Source: Chrysomallon squamiferum
Lineage: Eukaryota; Animalia; Mollusca
NCBI GenBank assembly: GCA_012295275.1
Contig: CM022674.1
Coordinates: forward strand, 8,494,001 to 8,558,000
Reading direction: 5' to 3'
DNA: 64,000 bases
The position numbers and the translations under genes are program-made. The notes under the pieces were generated by a model, which was given only the letters and a program-made list of their open reading frames with translations, was not told the DNA's origin and ran no database searches. Positions 26,401 to 38,924 of this stretch are shown piece by piece; position 1 is the first letter of the stretch, and each line of letters opens with the position of its first letter.

Positions 26401-29400
26401 CGTTCTGTAAAAAAATGTAACAGAATGGCTATTTCGCTAAGCATGTGCTACGTTCAAACATGGAGCTTCTTTTTGCCAAAGAAGACACACTGCAGTGTCA
26501 CATATTGTTTGAAAGGTAATTGAATGATCTTTCATTTGATCCCATGAACATAGGTTTTATTTTCTGCCAGTTTTTTTCAAAATTGGGTTGAAGGCATGAA
26601 AAAGTACGTTTTTGGACACAACTTTTGATGTAAGTGATTGCCAGCGACAACATGCACACGGTTAGAAAAATTGAACTTTGACCCTCCTATCAGTGCTAAA
26701 AATAACATTGAAGCTATTTTGGCAAAAACAAGCCAGGCGTTTATAGAGCGACCCTATTTTAGGACTTACTCCACACTGTTAATTGCTGACCATGGGCGCC
26801 GAATGGTGTGTTTACCCCCACCATGTTTAACACTCATACAAAGAACTGATTTAACATACAACAAGAACAACACCATTTAAAAGAGCATATAAAGATCTTT
26901 AGTTAGATATATTTGTTTATTAGGATTTATAGAAGGGATTTGGGACTGGAGGAAAATTGACAAAATCTGAACTTTTAATAGCTTCGACAAATTATATTGG
27001 CTAGGCTGCCGGTACCTACTTTTAATAAAGAAGTATACACAGCAGGATAACACAAGAACATAAAAATATTCCAAAAAAAAAAAAAAAAAAATACTAAATA
27101 AAACTTACTTACATTTCAAAATAATTGAAACAAATCAAAAACTTTTTAGTTTTCAGGATTTTCAAACAAACATTCAAGAATTAATCAACCTCTGAAATAC
27201 ATGTGAAAATCACTGTACCTTTTCTTTGAGGAATTGTTCCACTTCTTGATGTGGTACAAAATCTGTCCATTTAAGACCAGAATTATGCCATAATTCAGCT
27301 ACCACTTTATGTCCCTGGAAAAGAAGTAGTCATCTGATTAAAAAAATACCCTCAAACAAAACCAAAGAAAAATATGCATGAAGATTTTTATTTCTACATT
27401 CTGAATAACAAATATTGAAGTACATTTCAATAATAAAGCATGAGATCACACTTACCAACTCTTGACTGGCATCATGTAATATTTCTGCCACTAAGATACC
27501 AGCTTTTTTGCTCTCTATCAGAGGCTTGCATGCCTGTTGTAGGAAGTTCAAAGGAACACTTCCATCTTGTACCATCGGCCCAATGAGTTCTCCAAGGTAA
27601 TTCCAAATTTTGGGAATATCTATTTCCATATCTTCAGCATACTGCAGAATTTCATTTAAACTGAAAGAAAAAAAAAAAATGCTAATAATGTCCACTTGTA
27701 TAAATAAAGAGAATCAGCAATTTTCAGTACCAATATCTATTAAATAAAGTACTACTTCTGTTGATAGTAATAAAAAGTTACCCTTTCAGATAAATATCCA
27801 CAGTGATAATTTTCTGTTTGATGAGATCATGTAAGAGACTACCAGTCTGTCGTCTAGCAGGTCGTGATCGTTCTAACACATGGTTTATTGCTGTCTGTAC
27901 AAAGATGTGGATCATGTGTGGACACTGCAGTTCTGACACACACAGAAGAGCTTCCTAAAAACACAAAATTTCGATCAGCAACAAAACAAGAAGACATTTA
28001 TTTAAAGAATTACTATTTCATAAAAATAAAAAGTTTTTACTAAAATCTTATCAATGAAGTTTACTTTTATTAGTTTCAGTGACTCAAAACAGTTTCCAAA
28101 ACTCATTTAAACACTAATTTAATCAGGCTACCTTTTTGTCTTGTATATGTAAATATTCATCAATAATGGCTTTGGTTTTCTGTTCCATTTCCTCTGTAGT
28201 GTATTCTTTTACGGCTTCAGCTGGTTTTTCTGTTTCCTTCTGTTTTGGTTCTCGTGTTCTGCTGCCTTCTCTACTGGCTGGAGCCGATGGTGGGGTGGAT
28301 CGGCCGCTGATTGTTCTAAGAGTAAACAAATTAATCCACAGTATTAGAGGAGTAATAACAGTTTAGATCTCTGTAACGAATTAATAAATACTATGCTAGT
28401 TTAAGAAAATTTGTATACATATGACTGGAAGTGAGGAAAATATAAAATGACTTCAGCAATACTTCAAGTTCTACTTCAACTTTTGATTAAGTACATTTTT
28501 TTCTAATTAGTTTGTTTTAATATTTACTTCTCATTAACAAACCTTGCACTGGCCAAAGCTCTTTCTCTTTCCAGTTCCTGTGATCCATGAGCAGCAAGTC
28601 TTACTTTCTGTAAGGAGCCTGGTGAACGAACCTGACTCCTGTGAGGACTCAATCCACGACCAAATGCACGTGCCCGTTGATCCTCTTCTTTACTTAAAGC
28701 AGCATATCTTAAGAAAAAAATATTGAGAATGACTATCACCAATTCTGTTTAACAATTTAATTTATGGAATGGACTCGTTTTTAAAATGTTTAAGGTTTTT
28801 TATTTTCTGTTCTTCATTTTCAGTGAATACTGCAGACCACCTGTCATACTTTTGCCTAAGTTATTTTGTTAATTTTAACTACAGGGAAATTACCCTGTAA
28901 AAAAGTCAATATAAACAGGCCAAGGTTAAAAGAAAAAAACGAAACATTCAATTTAATAATCTCAACACAAAAAATAATTGTAATAAACGTACACATCTGG
29001 AAAGAACAATGGACTAAGTCTACATAAAGAAACAGAACCAACCTGTTTCCAGGGCCGCTGGGTCTGTCTCCTTCCTGTGACGCTCTGCTGCCACCACCAC
29101 TGCTACCACGTCCCCAGCCACCAAATGCTCTTGCTCCACCACCTGGGCCAAGCTGTATGTTGTCATCTGAACTCTGTGAAAGAAGAAAAGAACTTTCAAC
29201 TAAAATATAATGTACTTACTAACAATCCAGAAAGGTATTGTAGACTTTGTTAACCATGCCATCATAAGAAACACCAGAATTGTTCTCCCATTATTAAAAA
29301 ACATAACATTTTTTTAACTACATATGATATAAACTTCTGGAATTACTAACCTTGTTGATTTTAAGCTTGGACACATCAATATTACGATCAATATTTCTCA

Positions 29401-32400
29401 TTCCAGCTTTACTGCTGACAGTGTTCCAACCATCCTCTCCCATTCCTCCCTGCCCCATTTGTGGGCGAGCTGTGAAAACAGTGAAAAAATGATCAGAATT
29501 AAATGGTCAACATATGTTCAGTAAACAGCTACAGCTATGTTATTAAAAATGATTTTACCGTTAATAATGCACCATAAAATATAATAGAAGACTGTCTTAA
29601 TCTGTTAAATATTCTTTACCAAAAATACTCTTGGTCAAATGTATTAAATTAATTATTAAACTTGTATTAAAAAAAATTTAAATATTCTTTTTAAAACTAA
29701 CCTCTGTTTCTCTTCATGGGTTGTTGAGAGTTGAACTGAGAAATCATTTGACGTTGAATCTCTTCCTGTTTAGCTTCTCTGTGTATCTGATCTATTGTTT
29801 TAGGTTTGTTTTCATCTCTTCTGGGTATCCAACGGTTCTACAGAATAAATACATACAATTATTTTTCAATGTTCTACAAGGTGTTTTTCCTTTATTTGTA
29901 CAGATGTAAGTATTAAATTTGTGTTATTAGATCATTGATAAGAGAAGTCACATTAATATAACATACAGACTTTATTTGATCATGAATGGTCTGGTGTTAG
30001 CTGTCATTATTTCTGATATAACATTTTTTTTACTGAAAATGTTGGAAAAACATTAAATAAATCTGTATTTATATATTCTAAAACATTTAAATTATCATTC
30101 TTTAAAATTGTATCCTCTAACCTGTATTCTACATAATTTTAAAACTGCTGTCAAGTTTTGAAAAAAAAAGAAAAATTAAAAAAATAATGTGGACTCACAT
30201 CTCTCAATTCAATTACGTCTTGTAACATGAATCTACACCGGGAGGAAACTTTCTTCTCAGCAACAATTTTTTGCATCTGTGAAAAATACTGATCCATTCT
30301 TGGCTGCAAATTTTATTGAAAGAAAGAATTACATGATTAAGGTTTGAAACATTATCAAAGAAAGCAACTACATGTCAAAAAGATGTGAAATGTTAAGAAC
30401 CACAGAAATAAACAAACATTATCTCAAACATTAGCCCAATTCAGATTTTAACAATTAACTTCAAAATAGTATTTAAGAGGGAAAAAATCCTGAAATTTTC
30501 CTTTACATACAATCATAAATTTGTTAAAATCTTGTCTTACCTTTGCTTTTTCCGATTCCAATTCTTTGCCAATGGTTGTAAGTAGTCTGCATAAACATTC
30601 AAGATTCTCTTCATCCCGAGATCGGAGCAATTTGAAGACGCAGTCATGCATAATATTTTCGGTCAACATTTTTAATTTAAATAATTCACCAATAAATCTG
30701 AAATAAACAACAAAAATGAACTTAGATCTATCTCTTCACAAAATCTGGAAATTTTGTTAGATATGCATCATATTGTTTAAAATAAATTATCCTCAAAGGG
30801 AAATAAATTTACCTGATGTTTCCTATTGATCTTCTCCTTGCGTTGCTAGACTCTTCTTCAAGCTCTTCTCTTAACTGAGATTTTTTCTCTTCCTGTTTTT
30901 TAAAAGCAAACAACTATACTATGTGATTTAAATAAGACAAACATGACAAAAGAAATTTCTATTACATTAAAGAAAATAAAACACTGATTTAAATCCTGCC
31001 TTTAAAATATTTAATAATTGTTAACAGTGTAAATTGCCAATTCACTTTCTTCAGATACTTTAAATTACAGTGAAAATAAAAGTAAAGTAATTATATTCAA
31101 AAGAACAGATTCAGATTTATTTAAAAAAGACTTACAGATTCTGCTTCTTCAAGTTTCTTTCTTTTCTTATCAAGTTCTACTTGATCATCATTATCTCTTT
31201 CAAATTCTCTCTGACACCTAGTCAACAGTATCACTCGGAAATTTACAAATTCACCAGGTTTGCTTTCTGATGGCACTTTCAACTAAAAAGAAACCAATAT
31301 TAAACATTAAAATAGAACAGATTTATCAGAATGTCTTAAAGCTGGAATTACTAAAAGCAACAAAAATAAAAGAAAATTTTTTTAAAGAGGAAAGAAAACA
31401 AATACTCACCATTAATAAATATTTGCACATATTTGCATATGCAACACTGAAACTAGGTTCACTAATAGCCTGAAAAAGACAAAGCAGGTCGTCAATAACT
31501 GACATTTGTTTAACTATGTTTAAATAGTAACTGTTTCTTTACAATTGATTAAATAACATTTAGGTTTGAAATGACAATTACATTTTAAACTATCACACAA
31601 TAAACAATCCCATCCAAAAAAAAACAACCTCTCAAAATTAAAAATGTAAAATGAAGAGCAAATGACCTACTTTCTCAAAGATAAGATCTGTTACTCCTTT
31701 TAGCCTTTCTTCAGTATCAATTTTCAAACCTTTCATCTGTTGTAAAAGTGTCTGGAACTTTTGTGGTGTCAACTTGTTGAGGATACTCTTCACCTTCTTA
31801 TTAAGTTCCTGAAAACAGAACAACTAACTATGTATTCTATTTTTATTTTTTTACTTTTTTGAAAATTTAAATAAATTTAAATATTAGTAACTTAAAATGT
31901 TTGACTTTGTGAGTTTTAAGGACCTTTGGAAACCTGATTTATTTTGTTGCTTAATCTGAATTAAGATTTAACTTGATGAAAGTGAAGGGGTACCCTTCGA
32001 AATCAAAACCTGCTTCAGTCATTTGTGTTTATTTTTTCTTGTATCATATCAATTACCTCAGTGTGGGTTTCTTCTTCAGGTTTCTTGTCATCTTTGTGCC
32101 CAGGCTTCCATGCTACATCAGATTTGTGCAGCTGTACCACTTCCCTCTGAATTGACACAGATTTAATGACTCGCTGCTCTCGCATTCTTGACTGGCTGCC
32201 TCTCTTTGTCATGCTGCTCTGGCCACCTCCACCACCACCCATCTGTCAGTTTAGTAAAATAGTTCCTTTAGTTTGATATTTAACAGCAGACTTGGCAAAT
32301 ATTACCATGTTTATATTTGTCTGTGCAGCTGTATATTTCAAGTCATATAATCATCTAGGAATTTTTAGTAAAAATTTTAGTTATCTAGAATATAGTGGTT

Positions 32401-35400
32401 TCTAAATAAATTGAAATTTTACTGTAGTTTCTGAAAAACCATCTTTATTAATTTGCCCCTTTACAGGCCATTTCTTCATACTCACCTAACGTTTAAAATC
32501 AGACTATTTAAATTAAAAACATTGACACATTACTCTTTTAGCCAACAGGCTCACAACAAACAAAATTAATCAAGGCAGATTGCATTTTTCAATAAATTGT
32601 AAAAAATGTTTTGCTTTGTAAATTAATATACAATAGCACAACAGATGCACTCTTTATAAAAAATTAAAAAAGAAAGAAGGAATAACAGGCCTTCAGAAAC
32701 GAGGAATTCACTTGTTCAACAGAAAACATCTGAAGAAGAATAATCATCACAGGCCTGAAATATCTGTTTAAATTAAGTGTCATTAGCTGAACCATGTTAT
32801 CATCAAACTTACTTTTCCACTGCGTGCATATCCTGGAGTGAAGTCAGGCATGTTGTATCTTGGTTCAAAATTCTTGGAGTTGTTTTCTTTGGGATAAGGC
32901 TGTAAAAATAAAAATATAGAAATAAAATTTGATTTCCAAACATTATTCCCAGGTAATGGAAGACTTTAACAAAGTTATTTCATTGAAACTTTTTGTTCAG
33001 TATTGTTCATTTCAAGGAAATGGTCTCAATGAATCAGTGAATGTAACTGAGAACAGAAATGTGATTATGTTAAATTTATTTTCACCTTAAATGGCAGCTA
33101 ACACAGATACAAAATAATTATAAATGAACCTAAAAAGGGAAAACAAAAAAAAGTTTCAGAATTCTTTCTCAGAAGAAAAAAATGTAATTATTTAATATTT
33201 TACCTTATCAAGAATGATGTCCGGCAAGTTTGGCAAAGCATTTGGTTTTGTCATTGAATCCTTTGCAAACTGTAGCTGCAGAAGAAAATTTCTGTCATAC
33301 TGGCATTTCTTCTCTGGATTGAGTGGGCTCCACTGGTCTGCAAATTGTAATGTTTGTTAAAGTATATTTTTGATGTGTTAATTGTTGCAGTAGTAATAGA
33401 ATAATGTTTGATTAATACAACAATAACATTGGTCACTTTCACAGATTTCTGAGAAACCCAGCTAAAAAAATGTAACAACAGACAAATACTATCAAAATTT
33501 TATGTAATTTTAGTAACAAAGATTAAATCAGGTTTATTACCTTCTTTGTACTTGTATTTCTCTGTGTCTGCTTCAGCCTTCTCAGTCTTGATTTCATTTG
33601 TTTTCACATTATTTTTTGCATTTTCTCGGCTGACTTCAGATTCCTTATTCTCTTTAACATCCTTTATTTCTATCTCCACTGCCTTTGGCACTGGCTCTGT
33701 TATGACAATCTTAACTTCTGGAAGCTGTGATTTAGTTTTCTCTTTACTTTCTTCTGCTACTGGTTTTGTCTGTTCGTCTAATGGTTTAGACAACTCAACT
33801 TCTGTTTTTGGGACATCAGCTACTGTTTTCATAGGTTCTGCAGTTGGTTTAGCCGCTTCTACTACTGGTCTTGACAATTCTGCTGCAGAGTTTGTAGCCT
33901 CCACTGCTGATTTGGATGAATCAACCTTAGATGAATCAACCACTTTTGATTCACTTTCTGCAGGTTCTTTTTCAGTATTGTTTTCAGTTTCTGGAGGTAT
34001 TTGAATTTCATTTTCCTAAATAAATAAATGGTTTTTTTTCATAAAACAGATAAGAAGAGGAGAATACTTTTTTTTTTATCAACAATAAAATATTAATTTT
34101 ATACAAAAAAGAATGCATGTTTTTTCCGATGGATGAATATGTAACAATTTACACAAGGTTAAAGAAAGAAAGTCTTATCTTGAATACATTTTACTGAAAG
34201 TACTAATATCATCCATAGAAATGAATAAAATGTTTAATCTCTCCATCAGCTAGTATTTAATATAAAAGCTGCTTTAGTTTAAAAGATTTAAATAAAAGGA
34301 AAGTAATATTTTTCTTCTAAATGTTAGCACTTACTTGGGTATCAAGGAATGCATCCATATCGGTTCCTACTTTCTCCTCTCCTTTCCGATTTATATCCTT
34401 TGATTTCCTTTTTCCTTTTGACTTTACATCTTTGGAAATGTTTATGTCTGTAACAGTAGATTCTGCAAAAATAAACATGGAATTCAAAATCTTTAACAAA
34501 TTTGTTTACAAAAACTGAAAATGACTGCCTATCTAATACACACTGTTTAAATATTACTGGTTTTTAAGTCGAGACAAAAATTCATTTATTAAAATCATTT
34601 TGGGAGTTAATAGTTAACCAGCTATTAATAAATTTGATGTATGAAATAGTACCTGAAAAAGTACTAAATAAATGCAAATATGTTTTAAGAAATAAAAGTT
34701 TGATCAATAGATACTGGCCAACTAGGCCACAAATATATGGCTTTTGTAAACAAGATTATATATTTTACTTTGATTTTAAATATGAACTACTCTGAAATAT
34801 CAATAAACAAATATAAAAAATAATAAAAACCACAATAAACCTTTGAATACTTTAAATACATATTTATAAATATATACAAAAGGTTTTTTTTTCTTCTCCA
34901 AAATCTTATCCAGTAAAAAACAAAAATTCTGTAAATTATTTAACAGCAATAAATTATGTGATGCAACCATTCAGGTTAATGTGACCATATCAAATAACTT
35001 AAAAAGTTACATAAAAGCATTAGTTCAAGTTAAAAAAACAAAAAAAAAACAGAAAAAAAAAACATTAAAAAAAAAGAAAAGTGAAAAAATAATGCTTCAG
35101 TCTGTACATTATTACATTTATAAAGAAATTTCTTATTTATAATTATACAGCAGTTTAAAGAAAAAGAACACCATGTATACTGTGATTGGAAATCTTCCAG
35201 TATGTTCAACATATAGCATGTGCAGCTACACATCCTTTCTTAGAATATTGGAGATCAGCATAGCCAAAGCCAGCAAACGTATCCATATAGCTACACAACT
35301 TAACCTACTTTTCCATTTTAACCACAAAATTTACAAAATAAAATATCCAAAGCAACTGTTCTCTGAAGCTGAAATCAGTAATTTCCAGAAAGGAACAAAG

Positions 35401-38400
35401 CACAGAGATAGAAGTTGAAAAAGCAGAAAGTGTGTATAAAGCAACATCCACAGAGCTTGTGTCAGTCTTTCCTAACATTCCTTTAGATGCAAAACGGTAC
35501 AAATATGATGAAGGGGAAGGTCACAAGGTCATGTCCTGCTACAAAATGCAATAGATAAAGGTTTAGCCACAGATGTGGCAAATCTGATCACAATAGCCAG
35601 GTATAGTTAATCTGCTGTTTGTGGAAGGAAAACTGATTTAACTTCTATGGCTATTAAGTGGATATTTGTACTTAATATACCTATAGCAAGAATAAAATCA
35701 AAGTATGCACGAAGAAAACATCTAAAAATCACATGTACATATGGTGCCACATTCATTTATTACACATATTTTTATATCATTAATAATTATTTCCTATTTT
35801 AAACAAAATGATGGGTCTCACTTTTAAAAGCTGTATAATTATTAGGAGTAATAATAGGTAAAGCAGCTATAAATGCATCAGAAACCCACTGATGATGGAG
35901 TAAACACTCGGAACACTGAAGCTATATATAGAAAAGAATGCAGACATTTTTACCTGTTCCTGCAGTTACTCAACCTGCAGTAAAGATATATAATGTAATC
36001 CTGGCCCACCCTCTAGGATTGAGTCACACACAGATAAATTTATGTAATAGCCATCTGGACGATCCCCAAAGGTCAAGATTAGTGAGTTCAGACTTAACTG
36101 GGACAGATGCAAACGAATCACTGCCATATGGAGCTAAAGGACTTGGCATGTCTATAACAAGCTGAGCTATCATATTACATTATAAGAAAACACCTCAGTG
36201 GAAACTAGTGCTATATAGCAATGATAGTTTTGCTCACTGCTTTCTATTTGAAGAAAAAAAAAAAAGGAAAATAAAACAACATTATGTATTATAAATGTAT
36301 CCTAAAGAAAACCTAATCATACTTAATTTATGTAACTTCCACAAAAAATAAAATAAATAAAAAATAAAAATTTACTTGCTTTTTATTCTAATGTTAATGT
36401 AAACGCAACAAATCTTAACCATATACTTATATTTATTCCCACTCCTGCAGTGTATAATTTCTAATCATTAACTGGTATATGCTTTGATGTTAACAAAGGT
36501 TTCCCCAATTAGTTGATGTTAATTGCCAGCTCAGAAAATTGTAACAATGGATTTTATATTCTATTCTTGATAAAATAATGTGTTGAAATCCATAAGCTGT
36601 TATTCAAATTAGTCTCATTTCATTGCTTATATGGATTATTTCTTCTTGATAAACTGAAATAATTCATTACATTAAACTATTTTATGATTATTTTAAAAAG
36701 TAAACTGATCAAAAACAAACTTTCTATTTACCAAATAAAACAAATATTGGTATTCCCTGTTAATTGAAACTAAATATTTAAAATGAATACTAATATTCAA
36801 ACCACATAATCAAAATTAGTAACATAAATTTACAACATAAATCTGAATTAAAATAAAAATGTTTAAAGATGGGTATTACTGATTAGGCTTTCTCGAAGTC
36901 AGTTTATATTAAAAACAATATGCTTCATCAAGTTTCAGAGAACTAGCAGAAACCAGATTTACACTACAATGATATTTCATTTATTTCTGCTCAGTATTAA
37001 TCACAAAGCTGAACCAATAGGAATATGTTTATGAGGCAAAATGTAGTATTTATTTTATGATGGTCATTCAGTGCAAGTGATATATATAAACTTTTGTAAT
37101 ACAACTATGGATTTAAAATACACCTATATATTTGTTATTTTTTAGATAAAGCATATTGCATACACACAAATTTTTTAAAACAAATAGTAGTCTTATCCAA
37201 TTCTGCTGTTAACCTGTTTCTAATCCAAGTTTGTCTGAACATTGCAAATCGGGTGAAATGACAAATAGTTATTTCAGATATTTTATAGAAAACTATTACG
37301 ACTTCTGTGAATGATGTTCAGGAAGTGTTGGGAATGTTAACTTCATTATTTTTCAGTCCCGAAAGATAGTCATCACAACATCAATTCACAGTAGTAGTTA
37401 CAGTAAAAGTTTTGGTTCATTTTTTTAAATATAAAATTTGTATGTGTTTTGTGCATTTACCTAAAATATAATGACATTCCAACAGAATTCAACAACAAAC
37501 AAAATAATAATAATGAAATAAAAATAAAGATTAAAAAATAGATACGTTATTTGGCTTATTATATGACTGTTGCTAATCATATTTTGTTTGTATAGTTATT
37601 TACAAAATTTACCTTTTTCTTTTTGAAAATGCAACTGTTTATGTGAATTTTAAATTTTTTTTTAATAGCATGACTGACAACAGACAAGTCAGAGATTATG
37701 ATATCAGTTTTTATTACACCTACACTGGATTATTTTACCAATTGTTCCATAAAGTTTCAAAGAATTTAAAAAATAAATAACCTGTTTTATTAATAGCCAA
37801 TTCAAATTCTGTTGGTAAAATGGGTTGATAGGATTATTTTTATTATTATTTATATGGGTTTCTCTCCTGGAATAAGACTATTAACAGTTAAATATAAAAA
37901 GGCAGTTTATATTTCTTTTTATTTGAGTAATAACAATCAGACTCAAAAAAAAAGAAGGAAAAAAGGTACTACCTTTTCATTTTGTCATTGATGTTCAGAG
38001 ATTTTGGGAATTTTTCTTCTTCACTGTAATCAGTCCCGAAAGATAGTCATCATAACATCAAATAATTTCAGCAAATTTATATAAAATAAAAATGTCATGC
38101 AATTAACATGTCTGTGTCTGGTGCAAGTACATGTATCAGTGGTCTCCCCAGCATTTGTGAAAGGGATAGCCAGAATCAGTTTAACTGGTGCAAATTAAAT
38201 GAAGGGATGGTATAGAAAATGTTCATGGTACAAATACTTTGATCAATGTTCAAATTACTTGTTTGTCAAAAGTACTTCTATAAATAATTGCATCAAATGC
38301 ATTAACTATTAACAAGTTTATTTCATTTGCAATTAAATAAAATCAAAGTGTGTTTAATTTATTATATAAGGCCTGCCATCTATTACAATATGTTGTAAGA

Positions 38401-38891
38401 TTTCCGTGTATGTGCACTTCCCCCACCCTCATTAAATCAGGTCTAGACATAAATGATGTTCAGAAGTTGTTGGGAATTTTATCCTCATCTTAATCAGTCC
38501 CGAAAGATGGTCATCATTACATCAACACATAACAATGAATCAAAATAGGTACCAGCATTTATGTTTGTATGTGTGTTCACAATAACATGGTAAACATGTC
38601 AAAATCTTCAAAAAGACACACAACAGAATGAGTAATATACTGCAAACAGATACTGTGGTTTCAGTTTTGGTCTTATCTGAAAACTTCAACCTGGCATACA
38701 TAACATTTTTAATGAAAAATCTTTTTTGTCCTGCCAAGCCCATACAAATAGTTACCTTTTCAATTTATATAGAACAGCATAACTTTATTTACATAACCAG
38801 CTTGAATTTTCACTATTAAATAATTAGTAGTAATAAGATACTGTTATGTGTATATATCATATATATATATATGATATATACACATAACAGT

Positions 38892-38924
<33 letters not shown>

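Noticed and set aside
27112-27192. Possible stop-containing cassette exon (tttcag|...|GTAAGT) in eIF4G intron
   Set aside because: The upstream intron would be under 30 nt, too short to splice. At most an alternative donor, with no further support.
33546-34004. 152-aa plus-strand ORF and similar antisense ORFs (40891, 42096, 28136, 59025)
   Set aside because: These are antisense shadows of real coding exons.
35570-35615. TTAACTATACCTG on minus strand resembling my recollection of SNORA63
   Set aside because: The partner pocket strand (ACGCTTGG-like) and a convincing two-hairpin fold are absent.
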